A DNA stretch of 64,000 nucleotides from an uncultured Nitrososphaerota archaeon (GCA_964626365.1 CAZVDL010000005.1:3075-67074), one strand, 5' to 3'; shown: positions 32,938-42,691, counted from the stretch's first letter. The notes: generated from the sequence alone by a model not told the origin. Numbers and translations are program-made.

Positions 32938-34998
32938 TTGGGGCTCAGGTTGAGGATCATTAAGACAGCCTGCGAGCTCTGCGCTTGGAGCTGCGGCATG
33001 GAGGTTTACGTGGAGAGCGGCAGAGTGGTTAAGGTCAAGGGAATGAAGGAACACCCTCTCAATAGGGGTCGGCTTTGCCCTAAAGCTCCAGCCATAGTCG
33101 ACTTAATGTACCACGGTGAGAGAGTCTTAACCCCCATGGTAAGGGAGGGGGCTAAGTGGAGGAAGGTGGACTGGGACTACGCGTTGGAGCTCTTAGTGGA
33201 GAACCTTAAGGAGGTGAGGGAGGAGGACCCTCGCTCCTTCGCCATGATAATAGGGATGCCCATTCTACTTGGCGGCTCCTCCACGGTAGGCTTAATAAGG
33301 CGCTTCATGGACGTCTACGGCTCCCCTAACTGCTTCTCCCCTGAAAGCATGTGCTATAGGCACCAGATCATAGGTTACATTCTAACGCTGGGCAAGTTCC
33401 CGGTCCCGGAAGTCGAAAACTCCAACTGCATAGTGGTGTGGGGCCATAACCCCCACGAATCTAAGCCCCCCTTAGCTTGGAGGATCGAGGAAGCTAGGAG
33501 GAGGGGGGCTAAACTCATAGTCATAGATCCCCGTAGGACCAAGGTAGCTGAGATGGCTGACATACACGCCCCGATTAGGCCTGGAAGCGACATATACCTG
33601 GCCGTGGGGATGATGAAGGTCATAATCGAGGAGGGTCTCTATGATAGGGGTTTTGTTGAGCGGTGGACTGTGGGCTTTGATAAGTTGAAGGAGCATCTAT
33701 CCAAGTACAGCTTGTCCTACATAGCTGAGAGGACGTGGCTCGACGAGGAGCTCATAGCTAAGATGGCCAGGGTCTTCGCCACGGTCAAGCCTGCCTGCAT
33801 AGTTCAAGGCGTAAACACCTTGGATCAGGTGCTCGTAGGTGTACAGAACGCTAGGAGCATAGCTATGCTCCATGCGCTTACAGGCAACGTTGACGTTAAG
33901 GGCGGCCTCGTAAGGGCCTCGAGGAGCCACATAGCCTCTCTTCGCCTACCGCACCTGCTAAGGGATGAGCCCCTGGGCATTAAGGAGCACCCTCTCTTCT
34001 ATCAAGTGTGGGAGACCCATCTAGGCGAGGGGCAGGCAATGTACCTCTACGACGCCATCTTAGAGGGGAGGCCCTACCAGGTGAAGTCACTCTTCATAGC
34101 CGGCTCAAATCCCCTTCTCACCTGGCCCGAAGCGTCTAAACTGGCTGAAGCCTTAGGGAAGGTCAAGTTCCTAGCCGTGATGGACCTCTTTATGACCGAC
34201 ACCGCTAAGCATGCCCACCTCCTCTTGCCCGCGGCTACCTTCCTAGAGAGGTATGAGCTCTGCGACTATTACAGCGTGATCTTCGGCATACCCTACATGA
34301 TGCTGAGGAAGAAATGCGTAGAGCCTATAGGGGGGTCTAAGAGCGACGTGGAGCTCTGGCTCGAGGTAGCTAGGAGGATGGGCTACACCGAGCACTTCCC
34401 TTGGAGGAGCGTCGAGGAGGTCTTAGACTACGTCTTGAAGCCCACGGGCTACACCTTTAAGGATCTCGAGGAGGTGTACCCTTCAGGGGTCTGGGTAGGC
34501 AAGGTGAACTACGGCGAATACCTCAGTAAGGGGTTTAGGACGCCCTCAGGTAAAGTCGAGCTCTACTCTGAGACCTTAGCTAGGCAAGGCTACGACCCCC
34601 TACCTACGCCGAGGGAGCCCTACGAGTCGCCCTTCAACGAGGATTCCAAGGAGTACCCCCTCATACTGACCACAGGCTCTAGGTTAATCTACTACACGCA
34701 TTCACAGCTTAGAAACGTGGAGAGGCTTAGGAAGCAGTGCCCTGAGCCCTACGTTGAAATGAACCCTGACACCGCGCGCAGGTATGGTTTAAGGGACGGG
34801 GGCGTGGTCGTGATTAAAACTAGGAGGGGTAGCATAAAGGTGAAGGTGAGGACGACCCCCACTATACTGCCCGGTGTCATAAACATGTCTCATGGGTGGA
34901 ACGAAGCCAACGTAAACCTGCTAACCTCAAGTAGGCCAGCAGACCCCGTCTCCGGATGTCCTGAACTTAAAGCTCTATTAGCTAGGGTATCACGATAA
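32938..34998 (+). CDS. Molybdopterin oxidoreductase catalytic subunit, a paralog of the gene at 5063-7150.
   Basis: An N-terminal CELCAWSCG...C [4Fe-4S] motif. It shares blocks with the first copy (VIIEEGLYDRGFVERWTVGFDKL; SGKVELYSETL). There is no adjacent ferredoxin subunit. Confidence 0.85.
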   Translation: MGLRLRIIKTACELCAWSCGMEVYVESGRVVKVKGMKEHPLNRGRLCPKAPAIVDLMYHGERVLTPMVREGAKWRKVDWDYALELLVENLKEVREEDPRSFAMIIGMPILLGGSSTVGLIRRFMDVYGSPNCFSPESMCYRHQIIGYILTLGKFPVPEVENSNCIVVWGHNPHESKPPLAWRIEEARRRGAKLIVIDPRRTKVAEMADIHAPIRPGSDIYLAVGMMKVIIEEGLYDRGFVERWTVGFDKLKEHLSKYSLSYIAERTWLDEELIAKMARVFATVKPACIVQGVNTLDQVLVGVQNARSIAMLHALTGNVDVKGGLVRASRSHIASLRLPHLLRDEPLGIKEHPLFYQVWETHLGEGQAMYLYDAILEGRPYQVKSLFIAGSNPLLTWPEASKLAEALGKVKFLAVMDLFMTDTAKHAHLLLPAATFLERYELCDYYSVIFGIPYMMLRKKCVEPIGGSKSDVELWLEVARRMGYTEHFPWRSVEEVLDYVLKPTGYTFKDLEEVYPSGVWVGKVNYGEYLSKGFRTPSGKVELYSETLARQGYDPLPTPREPYESPFNEDSKEYPLILTTGSRLIYYTHSQLRNVERLRKQCPEPYVEMNPDTARRYGLRDGGVVVIKTRRGSIKVKVRTTPTILPGVINMSHGWNEANVNLLTSSRPADPVSGCPELKALLARVSR

Positions 34999-35033
34999 GA
35001 TTTTAATGCTAAGGCTCCAGCCCTTAAGAAGAG

Positions 35034-36116
35034 ATGAAGGTTCTCCTAGTATGCGACAAACACCCCTCAACAATAGGGGGCGTTGAAGAACATGTTAGAG
35101 GGCTTGCTGGGCAGCTGGCAGCGAGAGGCTTTGAGGTCGTAATCGCCTATAGGAAGGAGGGTAGAGCCTTCATCAATCAATTAGACTTCGACTCGGTACG
35201 GGTTGGCTTAGACCTTCTAAGGCTTAAAAGGAGGATTTCCAGCCTTAACCCTGACGTAGTCCACGCTCATTACTCTTTCAACTGGCTACCTCTTCTGGCC
35301 ATAGCAGCCGCCAGCCAGCTTAGGTTAAAGGTCGTGGTCACGTGTCATAGTGTGCTTCCAGGCTATGACCAAGACTTTTTAGGCCATCTCTACGCGCTAA
35401 CACCTCATCGACCCCTACTCTCTAAGGCTGATGCGTTGATCTCAGTGAGCAGGGCTGTAGATTTACTTATGTCGAGGATCGTTGGTAGCAAGGTTAGGAG
35501 AGCTGTCATACCCAACGCCGTGGACATAAACGTATACGCCCCTTCGCCCAGAGAGCCTAAGGACCCCCTAGTGCTCTACGTTGGGAGGTTAATATACCGT
35601 AAAGGAGTCCATGTCCTACTTCAAGCTTTCAGGCAGGTGGTTAAGGAGGAGCGAGATGCCAAGCTAGTTGTGGTTGGAGGAGGCTACCTTGAACCTCTAC
35701 TAAGGACTATGGCCTCGAAGTTTAACCTTAAAGGAAGGGTGGAGTTTAAGGGTTTAGTACCCGACCAGGAGAAAGCCTCACTTTACAGGTCTGCTTGGGC
35801 TGTAGCTGTACCTACGCTATACGCTGAGGGCTTCGGGATAGTAGCCATCGAGGCCATGGCTTCGGGGGCCCCTGTCGTAGCCTCTAAGGTGGGTGGGCTT
35901 AAGGAAGTGGTTGAGGATAGGGTGACAGGGCTACTTGTCAAGCCGGGGTCGGCTAAGGAGCTAGCTAGAGTCCTCCTCTCGCTAATCCAAGACCCCTCGC
36001 TGCGCAGAAAGCTTTCGTCCAACGCCAGGGCTAAGGCTGTTAGTAATTACTCGTGGAGGACCGTGGCTGGGAGGGTCGTCGACGCGTACATGGATCTTAG
36101 GGCCAGCCCTACTTAG
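35034..36116 (+). CDS. GT4-family glycosyltransferase.
   Basis: A GT-B fold pattern with the C-terminal EGFGIVAIEAMASGAPVVASKVGG sugar-nucleotide-binding signature. Confidence 0.8.
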   Translation: MKVLLVCDKHPSTIGGVEEHVRGLAGQLAARGFEVVIAYRKEGRAFINQLDFDSVRVGLDLLRLKRRISSLNPDVVHAHYSFNWLPLLAIAAASQLRLKVVVTCHSVLPGYDQDFLGHLYALTPHRPLLSKADALISVSRAVDLLMSRIVGSKVRRAVIPNAVDINVYAPSPREPKDPLVLYVGRLIYRKGVHVLLQAFRQVVKEERDAKLVVVGGGYLEPLLRTMASKFNLKGRVEFKGLVPDQEKASLYRSAWAVAVPTLYAEGFGIVAIEAMASGAPVVASKVGGLKEVVEDRVTGLLVKPGSAKELARVLLSLIQDPSLRRKLSSNARAKAVSNYSWRTVAGRVVDAYMDLRASPT

Positions 36117-36492
36117 ATGATAAGTTGAACGGCTTACCCTCGGTTAGTACACGGCTAGGTATCTTATCCCTCCATTTCTCTAGGAAGGCTCGGTCCTCCT
36201 TAGCATCACGTAGGTCGTCCGGCAACATGTGAGGTATCTCCTCAATTATAGGGTACCAGCGGCCGCAGTTATCGCATATTAATATCCCTTCAGCTACTTC
36301 ACGGGCAAAGCATTCATGACAGTTGCCTTTACCCTCCTTAACCCACTTTCTAAGCCATCCACAGTACTCCTCACAGGTCCTTGAGGGTATACGCTCAGGC
36401 TTTTCGTAGAGGTTCTCTTGGAACACCACCAGCTGAAGGGGGAACCGCTTACATATGGGACATGCAAGGAGGTCCATTAACCTATACTTCAA
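36109..36492 (-). CDS. Trm112-family small zinc-binding protein (methyltransferase activator) with an inserted Cys-rich segment.
   Basis: N-terminal LLACPICK and C-terminal CDNCGRWYPIIEEIPHML match Trm112/DUF343. Confidence 0.65.
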   Translation of the reverse strand: MKYRLMDLLACPICKRFPLQLVVFQENLYEKPERIPSRTCEEYCGWLRKWVKEGKGNCHECFAREVAEGILICDNCGRWYPIIEEIPHMLPDDLRDAKEDRAFLEKWRDKIPSRVLTEGKPFNLSSK

Positions 36493-36600
36493 CTTACGCC
36501 CCCTCTACCCTCTACGCCGGTACGATTTAAGATTTAACGTCCTACGCAAGCTTTATTAACAACCCCAGCTCGGGGCTACGTCAAGCTGGAAGTGTAGCTG

Positions 36601-36885
36601 ATGAAGATAGCTGACCTGAAACCCGGTATGAGTAGGGTCAACTTAAAGGTGACCGTGGTCGAGGTCTCGAGACCGCGCCTCGTAAACACCAGGTTCGGCT
36701 TAGCCAAGGTAGCTGACGCGGTGATTGAGGACGATACGGGCAGGGCTAAGATGAGCCTATGGAACGAGCAGATAAGCCTGGTATCGCCGGGCGACGAGAT
36801 AACCATCGAGAACGGCTACACGACCCAGTTCAGGGGAGAGGTCCAAGTAAACGTGGGGAGGTATGGCAGGATAGTTAAGGGGTAG
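36601..36885 (+). CDS. Small OB-fold nucleic-acid-binding protein.
   Basis: A 94 aa protein with a VNLKVTVVEV...RFG...V.D.TG...S.W OB-fold pattern, similar to the RPA/SSB-like tRNA_anti-codon family. Confidence 0.55.
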   Translation: MKIADLKPGMSRVNLKVTVVEVSRPRLVNTRFGLAKVADAVIEDDTGRAKMSLWNEQISLVSPGDEITIENGYTTQFRGEVQVNVGRYGRIVKG

Positions 36886-36890
36886 GCTCT

Positions 36891-37049
36891 ATGAGGACCT
36901 GCCCCAAGTGCGGCTCACTTATGGAGCAGCGCTGGGTATCCTTCTGCGCCGGCATAGTGGTGCTGCCCCCAGGCCAAGCAGGCTCTTTAAAGGCTTGGAT
37001 CTGTGAGAGCTGTGGGTACATGGAGGCCGAGGAGCATGGAGGACGTCAG
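36891..37049 (+). CDS. Small zinc-ribbon protein (52 aa).
   Basis: CPKCG ... CESCG form a four-Cys zinc ribbon. The ORF is below the track's size cutoff and overlaps the next gene by 14 nt. Confidence 0.35.
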
Positions 37050-37554
37050 GAGGTATAAGCTTGATTGTCCTAGCTGCGGCTCCAAGGACATGGAGGTCGT
37101 AGAGGTCATCTACGACATCCCGATCTTCGGTAAGGCCCTGCTGTCGTCCATGCTATGCCCTAGCTGTGGCTATAGGAGGAGTGACGTGATGAGCTTGGAG
37201 TTTAAGCCTCCAGCGCGCTACGAGGTGAAGGTAGAGGGCCCCGAGGACCTGTGCTTAAGGGTCGTCAGGTCGTCGACGGCTACCATATTGATCCCTGAGC
37301 TGGGCGTCGAGGTTAAGCCTGGCCCAGCGTCGGAGGGCTTCATCTCCAACGTGGAGGGGGTGCTTCATAGAGTCAGGAGGGTGGCTGAGCAGTTACTACG
37401 TGACAGTGAGACCCCTGAGGAGAGGAGAGCTGCTGAGGAGATCCTACGCAAGATCGATGAGGCTCTCGAGGGAAGACTTTCCTTCACCTTGATCGTAGAC
37501 GACCCGTATGGCAACAGCTTCATAGCTCCTAAGCAGCCTAAGCAGCCCTCGTAG
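37036..37554 (+). CDS. ZPR1-type zinc-finger domain protein (COG1779).
   Basis: CPSCGSKDM...IPIFG...[11 protein letters not shown] follows the ZPR1 zinc finger followed by a beta-rich domain. The start is ATG 37036 rather than the track's upstream GTG. Confidence 0.65.
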   Translation: MEDVRRYKLDCPSCGSKDMEVVEVIYDIPIFGKALLSSMLCPSCGYRRSDVMSLEFKPPARYEVKVEGPEDLCLRVVRSSTATILIPELGVEVKPGPASEGFISNVEGVLHRVRRVAEQLLRDSETPEERRAAEEILRKIDEALEGRLSFTLIVDDPYGNSFIAPKQPKQPS

Positions 37555-37948
37555 ACTCCAGCTTCATCGCGTCCTTGAGTATCCTAGCGTGGTCGAAGGC
37601 GAGCTTGTCGGGCGGATCCTTAAACACGGCCACCTCCTTAGCGTCGCTCGAGGCCTTAAGCTCACCTCCCACAGCCTCGGCTAGGAAGGCCACCGACACG
37701 TAGTGGCCCCTAGGGTCCCTATTCGGCTCGGAGTACACGCCTACGAGACCGATCAGCTTTACGTCGAGCCCTGTCTCCTCCTTAGCTTCTCTAACTGCCG
37801 CCTCCTCCACGGTCTCTCCGTACTCGACTATGCCGCCCGGTATAGCCCAGTACCCCTTGAAAGGCTCATTCAGCCTCTTAACGAGCACGTAGCCTCCACG
37901 GTACTTAATAACCACGTCTACGGTCAGGACAGGCCCCCTCTCGTTCAT
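37538..37948 (-). CDS. Nudix hydrolase.
   Basis: The Nudix box [24 protein letters not shown] is present. The start is probably MNERGPVL. Confidence 0.8.
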   Translation of the reverse strand: MNERGPVLTVDVVIKYRGGYVLVKRLNEPFKGYWAIPGGIVEYGETVEEAAVREAKEETGLDVKLIGLVGVYSEPNRDPRGHYVSVAFLAEAVGGELKASSDAKEVAVFKDPPDKLAFDHARILKDAMKLESTRAA

Positions 37949-38152
37949 AGCCTCTCCCGTTAGGGTAAAGTTAATGTGTAGCTTAAGTTTTCCTTCACAC
38001 AAGGTGGCGCCTTATGGGCTTAAGCGAGGACGTAAAGTTCGCGATTAAGCTGGCCGTGGCCCTATGCGCGGCCGTGCTTATAATAGGCTACGCCCTCTTT
38101 GGGGAGGAGCTATTCTATAAAATAGCTGAGCTACTCAGCCTCGCCCCTTAGG

Positions 38153-38773
38153 GTGGTGGGGTTGAAGGTGCTAGCCCTGTCTGACATCCATAGGAGTGTA
38201 TACATGGTGAAGAAGGCGCTAGAGTTTGCTGCAGCCAACGCCTTAGAGGTGGTGACTTGCTCAGGCGACTTTCAAAGCCTCGAGGCCATCAAGGTCCTCT
38301 CAGGCTTCAAGGGCAAGGTCTTTGCCGTCCCCGGCAACATGGATGGAGGCGAGGAGCTCGAGGCACTTGAGGAGGCTGGGGTGAGCCTACATGGCAAGGT
38401 AGCTGAACACGGAGGCTTCCTCTTCGCGGGCGCAGGAGCCCTAAACTTTAAGTGGGCTCTTCAGGCGGTGACGAGCCAGCTAAACAACATTGAGCCTAAC
38501 AAGTTCGTGTTTATCACGCACTACCCGCCGAAGGACTCAAAGGTAGACGTGGCCTTCAACCTCGCTCACGTAGGCAGTAGCTCAGTGAGGGAGTTCATAG
38601 AGTCGTATAGGCCGGCGGTTTGCCTATGTGGCCATATACATGAGGCTAGAGGGGTAGATTGGCTGGGCGAAACTCTGCTCGTTAACCCAGGCCCGCTGGC
38701 TAGGGGGTACGCGGCTATAGTGGACGTGGCTAAGCGTCAAGCTGAGCTAATCGAGGTTGGAACCCTAGAGTAG
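38153..38773 (+). CDS. Calcineurin-like metallophosphoesterase.
   Basis: Metallophosphoesterase motifs LSDIH, GD, GNMD and GHIHE. Confidence 0.75.
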   Translation: MVGLKVLALSDIHRSVYMVKKALEFAAANALEVVTCSGDFQSLEAIKVLSGFKGKVFAVPGNMDGGEELEALEEAGVSLHGKVAEHGGFLFAGAGALNFKWALQAVTSQLNNIEPNKFVFITHYPPKDSKVDVAFNLAHVGSSSVREFIESYRPAVCLCGHIHEARGVDWLGETLLVNPGPLARGYAAIVDVAKRQAELIEVGTLE

Positions 38774-38825
38774 GGCTGCGTAGTCCTTATTAAAAGTAGG
38801 GGACGAGGTTTAACCGGGGTTTAGG

Positions 38826-39572
38826 TTGCCCGACGAGATTGAGGTCGTGGAGACGAGGCCGGTTAAGCCGGGGGCCAAGGCGATTGAGGGATTGCCCGAC
38901 GTGGGCTTGGTGGGGGCGATAGCTACATCCTACCTCGTCGACTTATTGAACCTTGGCGAGGTGGCCTACATAGACTCAGAGCTCCTACCGCCCATAATGG
39001 TGTTGCATAAGGGGAGGCTTAAGAGCCCCATTAGGATCTACGGGGACAACGACCTGCTAGTCTTGGTCTCTGAGATCGCTATACCCCCCGACGTTCTAAG
39101 CCCCCTCGTGAAGGCCTTAGCCGACTGGTTTAAGTCCAAGGGAGTGAGGTTAATGGTGTCCCTGGGCGGAATACCCGTACCTAACAGGCTTGACATCGAG
39201 ACCCCAGCGGTGTATGGAGTGCCAAACGGCGACGAGGCGATGGAGCTCCTCAAGAACAAGGGGATAGAGCTTATGGAGGAGGGCTTCGTGGCCGGGGCCT
39301 ACGCCCTCTTCCTACGTGAATCAACTAAGCGTGAGGTTCCAGCTCTAGCTCTGCTAGCCCAATGCTTCCTTCAATACCCCGATCCAGGGGCTGCCGCGGC
39401 CACGATAAGCGCGCTCGGGAAACTCCTCGATAGGGACTTCGACATTAAGCCGTTGATAGAGAGAGCCGAGGAGATTAGGATTAAGACTAGGGACTTGATG
39501 AAGCAGGCAAGGACAGCTATGGTTGGCATGCAGAAGCCTAGGGAGCACGAGGTGCCCTTGATGTACACGTGA
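38826..39572 (+). CDS. PAC2-family proteasome assembly chaperone (PbaA/PbaB-like).
   Basis: An N-terminal GLPDVGLVGAIA motif characteristic of the PAC2/DUF75 family. The 248 aa size fits. Confidence 0.7.
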   Translation: MPDEIEVVETRPVKPGAKAIEGLPDVGLVGAIATSYLVDLLNLGEVAYIDSELLPPIMVLHKGRLKSPIRIYGDNDLLVLVSEIAIPPDVLSPLVKALADWFKSKGVRLMVSLGGIPVPNRLDIETPAVYGVPNGDEAMELLKNKGIELMEEGFVAGAYALFLRESTKREVPALALLAQCFLQYPDPGAAAATISALGKLLDRDFDIKPLIERAEEIRIKTRDLMKQARTAMVGMQKPREHEVPLMYT

Positions 39573-39573
39573 G

Positions 39574-40002
39574 GTGGTGGAGTTGTGGAGGCGTAGGAGA
39601 TCTCTCTTGGACTGGATCGACGAGTTCTTTGAGAGGTTTGAGGAGGAGTTCTTTAAGCCTAGCTGGGATGCTGAGTCCTGTTGCCTTGAGCCCTTGGTGG
39701 ACGTCGAAGAGCGCGACGACGTCATCGTGGTGACCGCGGACCTCCCCTTCGTGGAGCGTAAGGAGGATATCAGGCTAGATGTGACTGAGAACACCTTGAC
39801 CATAGAGGCCACCATGGTTAGAGGCTTTAGGCTCGAGAGATGGGGCACTGTTCAGCGCAACGTCGAGTTTAAGAGCTTTAGGAAGCTGGTTAAGCTCCCA
39901 GCCCCAGTAGACCCTGAGGGTGCGAGGGCTACGTTCAGGCGTGGGATACTGAGAGTGGTGTTGCCTAAAAAAGTGAGGAGGTTTACCATCAAGATCGAAT
40001 AA
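39574..40002 (+). CDS. hsp20: Small heat-shock protein, Hsp20 / alpha-crystallin family.
   Basis: The alpha-crystallin domain (DVIVVTADLPF ... EFKSFRKLVKLP ... ATFRRGILRVVLPK) is present. The protein is 142 aa. Confidence 0.85.
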   Translation: MVELWRRRRSLLDWIDEFFERFEEEFFKPSWDAESCCLEPLVDVEERDDVIVVTADLPFVERKEDIRLDVTENTLTIEATMVRGFRLERWGTVQRNVEFKSFRKLVKLPAPVDPEGARATFRRGILRVVLPKKVRRFTIKIE

Positions 40003-40287
40003 CTATTCTCCTCCCTCCTCCTCGACGGCCTCGCTGAAAGTCTCGAGGAAGATTTCATAGTACTCCCTTGCGAGCTCGCGCTCCTCTTTACGCTGTTTCT
40101 CTAAGGCTGGGAGCTCCTCCACCACGGCGGTCCCTCTACGTTTAGAGTCGTCTATTTTCTCAGTCCACGTGTAGCCCTTAGACCTAGATAGCGGCTTAGA
40201 GTAGCCGCAGACCCTGCATGTTAAAATGACCTCTCCCTTATCTGAGGAAGGGACAAGTAGTTTACCACATTTCGGGCAAAACTCCAT
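40003..40287 (-). CDS. Zinc-ribbon protein with an acidic C-terminal tail.
   Basis: CPKCG...CRVCG forms an N-terminal zinc ribbon resembling the first ribbon of TFS/RpoM. There is no second ribbon. Confidence 0.5.
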   Translation of the reverse strand: MEFCPKCGKLLVPSSDKGEVILTCRVCGYSKPLSRSKGYTWTEKIDDSKRRGTAVVEELPALEKQRKEERELAREYYEIFLETFSEAVEEEGGE

Positions 40288-40426
40288 GAATATGACCTCT
40301 AGCTTTGATTCGAGGCAGGTTCCAATAAGCTAACACCTTTATATACTTTTTAGTCTTCACAGAAGGCGTCTATACATCATGGTGCGCGGAGGGGGCCCTA
40401 GCCATTTTAATAGGCTTGCTTAAAAG

Positions 40427-41200
40427 TTGAGTGGGGTAAGCTACTTGATACCGCTGGGAGTTGAAGGTGTCCGTAAAAAGCCCTACGTTACGTGGATGTT
40501 GGTGATAACCAACACCGCAGTGTTCTTCCTCCTGTTCCTCTCAGAGGCCTTGCCCTCAGCTATAGCTCTTTACGGGCTGACCCCCCTGAAGCTGATTAAG
40601 GGCAAGGGCCTCTACACGCTTATAACCTCGCTGTTTCTTCACGCTGATATACTCCACTTAGCTAGCAATATGATCTACCTGTACGTGTTTGGAGGGGCAG
40701 TCGAGGCGCGGCTTGGATCCAAGTACTTCCTGCTATTCTACTTGCTATGCGGCATAGACGCCTCACTCATACATACATGCATCGAGCTCGTGGTTGGCCA
40801 CCCACTGAACATACCATGCATCGGAGCCAGTGGAGCTATCTCAGGGGTGCTAGGGGCTTACTTAGTGCTGTTTCCAGGGTCCTTCGTCAACATAATGACG
40901 TTGACCCTCCTAGGACTCCCGCTAATCATACCGGTCCCAGCTTTCCTCTTCTTAGCCATATGGTTCATATACCAGCTCTGGATGGGCATGATCAGCTTAT
41001 CGCTACCTTACTTCATAGGGGTAGCCTTCTGGGCACATATAGGCGGCTTCCTATCAGGCATGATAGCGGCGCTGCCGCTTAGGCGTAAAAGGTACGTGGT
41101 CCGTTACGGGAAGGTCTGGTATGAGGTGCCAGTTAGGTTTAACACCGGTAGCTTAGCCGTTAAAGTCTGGAGGAGTGGTTTTGGAGAGGCCTCGATGTAA
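40427..41200 (+). CDS. Rhomboid-family intramembrane serine protease.
   Basis: Six TM helices with the catalytic GASGAISGVLGAY serine motif and AHIGGFLSG histidine motif. Confidence 0.8.
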   Translation: MSGVSYLIPLGVEGVRKKPYVTWMLVITNTAVFFLLFLSEALPSAIALYGLTPLKLIKGKGLYTLITSLFLHADILHLASNMIYLYVFGGAVEARLGSKYFLLFYLLCGIDASLIHTCIELVVGHPLNIPCIGASGAISGVLGAYLVLFPGSFVNIMTLTLLGLPLIIPVPAFLFLAIWFIYQLWMGMISLSLPYFIGVAFWAHIGGFLSGMIAALPLRRKRYVVRYGKVWYEVPVRFNTGSLAVKVWRSGFGEASM

Positions 41201-41969
41201 GGAGTGTGGAGCCCCCTTAGACCCTTTAAGTGGGCGTAGATGTAGGTACTGCGGCGAATGGGTATGTATGGCCCACCTCCTCCCCGAGTTACACCACTGT
41301 ACAGGTCTAGTTAGGGGGCCGACCACTAAGGGGGCCTGGTTTAGGACGTTTGAGGTCGAAGCTCCAGCCTATGTGCACTTTAAGCCTGCTAGGAAGCTAA
41401 CCCTAGCCGAGGTTAAGGACCTAGCCTACTCCATAGCGGCGCTAACTGCCGCCTTCACCATACTGGGGGCTAGGACTTACCTGTTCATCGACCCTCTACG
41501 CCTCTTATTCATTGTTCCTATCGCCTTCCTCGCCGTGCTCACCGCCTTCGCCTTCCACGAGCTAGCCCATCGCTTCGTGGCCAGGGGCATGGGGTACTGG
41601 GCTGAGTATAGGGCGTGGCCCCTAGGGCTACTGCTAGCTGTGGCTACATCGTTCTTGGGCATGATCTTCGCGGCCCCTGGAGCAGTATACGTGGAGGGAG
41701 TGACTAGTCGGAGGGACTACGGCGTGATCTCGTTGGTGGGCCCCTTAGTTAATTTATTCGTGGCGGGGCTCCTTAAGTTAACCTCGGTATTCATTCATGT
41801 CGGGGGCCTGCTTGGGCTGGGGCTGTGGTATCTAGCTGACGTTAACCTCTGGCTAGGCGTCTTCAACCTTCTGCCCATACCCCCCTTGGATGGCTCAAAA
41901 GTCTTTAGCTGGAGCCCGGTAGCCTGGGTGGCGTCGATAGGCCTCGGAGTAGCCCTCTTCATACTTTGA
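41175..41969 (+). CDS. Fusion of an AN1-type zinc finger with an M50 (site-2-protease-like) membrane metalloprotease.
   Basis: The N-terminal CKECGAPLD...CRYCGEWVCMAHLLPELHHC follows the AN1 pattern. Downstream are the HELAH zinc motif and the NLLPIPPLDG (LDG) motif of the S2P/M50 family within multiple TM helices. Confidence 0.7.
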   Translation: MVLERPRCKECGAPLDPLSGRRCRYCGEWVCMAHLLPELHHCTGLVRGPTTKGAWFRTFEVEAPAYVHFKPARKLTLAEVKDLAYSIAALTAAFTILGARTYLFIDPLRLLFIVPIAFLAVLTAFAFHELAHRFVARGMGYWAEYRAWPLGLLLAVATSFLGMIFAAPGAVYVEGVTSRRDYGVISLVGPLVNLFVAGLLKLTSVFIHVGGLLGLGLWYLADVNLWLGVFNLLPIPPLDGSKVFSWSPVAWVASIGLGVALFIL

Positions 41970-42016
41970 GGGACACAAAGTTAATATGGTGGCACGTGGC
42001 TCCTGGGCTGAGGTCC

Positions 42017-42691
42017 AAGATGACCGAGGTAGTCGTAGCCGAAGAGGGAGAAGCACTAGACATAGAGCTAGAGGAGGACTTCATTAAGAGGAATGAGGAG
42101 CTAGCGGCGGACAATCGTAAGTTGGTGGACGAGCATGGCGTTAAGCTAATCGACGTCATGGGCTCCGTGGGCTCGGGGAAGACCACGCTCATAGAGGCCT
42201 TGACTCAGAGACTGAGGGGTAAGTATAGGATAGCGGTGATAGCCGGGGACGTAGCTACCACGGTGGACGCTGATAGAATTAGGAGGTTGAATGTGTCCTC
42301 CATCCAGGTCAACACGGGCAGGGAGTGTCATTTAGACGCTAACTTGGTCAGGAAGGCTTTAATGAAGCTAGACCTCAAGGACTTAGACCTCGTGTTCATA
42401 GAGAACGTAGGCAACCTGATATGCCCAGCCGACTTTAAGCTGGGCGCCCATGTAAGGGTCGTGGTTGTAAGCGTAACGGAGGGTCCCTACGTGGTGGTTA
42501 AGCACCCCTTAATTTTCAGGGAGGCCGACGTCGCCGTAGTCAACAAGGTCGACCTAGCTGAGGCCATGGAGGTGGACCCTGATAGGCTCGTAAATGAAAT
42601 TAAGAGCGTTAAGCCAGGCATCGAGGTAGTGAAGGCTAGTTTAAAGAGAGGAGTGGGTGTGGACGAAGTTATAAGGGCCCTTAAACTGTAA
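42017..42691 (+). CDS. hypB: HypB/UreG-family metallochaperone GTPase (hydrogenase nickel incorporation protein HypB-like).
   Basis: A GSVGSGKTT P-loop, the ENVGNLICP metal-binding CH/C motif and NKVDL. The start is taken at MTEVVV. Confidence 0.8.
   Translation, partial: KMTEVVVAEEGEALDIELEEDFIKRNEELAADNRKLVDEHGVKLIDVMGSVGSGKTTLIEALTQRLRGKYRIAVIAGDVATTVDADRIRRLNVSSIQVNTGRECHLDANLVRKALMKLDLKDLDLVFIENVGNLICPADFKLGAHVRVVVVSVTEGPYVVVKHPLIFREADVAVVNKVDLAEAMEVDPDRLVNEIKSVKPGIEVVKASLKRGVGVDEVIRALKL

Noticed and set aside
36590-36615. C/D-box sRNA-like motifs (CUGAUGA followed by CUGA) at the start of the OB-fold gene.
   Set aside because: The motifs fall on the ATG/early codons of a well-supported CDS. 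There is no second C'/D pair or terminal stem. Most likely coincidental.
38014-38151. A 45-codon ORF encoding a single-TM peptide between the Nudix and phosphoesterase genes.
   Set aside because: It is plausible as a small membrane protein, but it has no motif or promoter evidence and could be read-through noise. Left uncalled.
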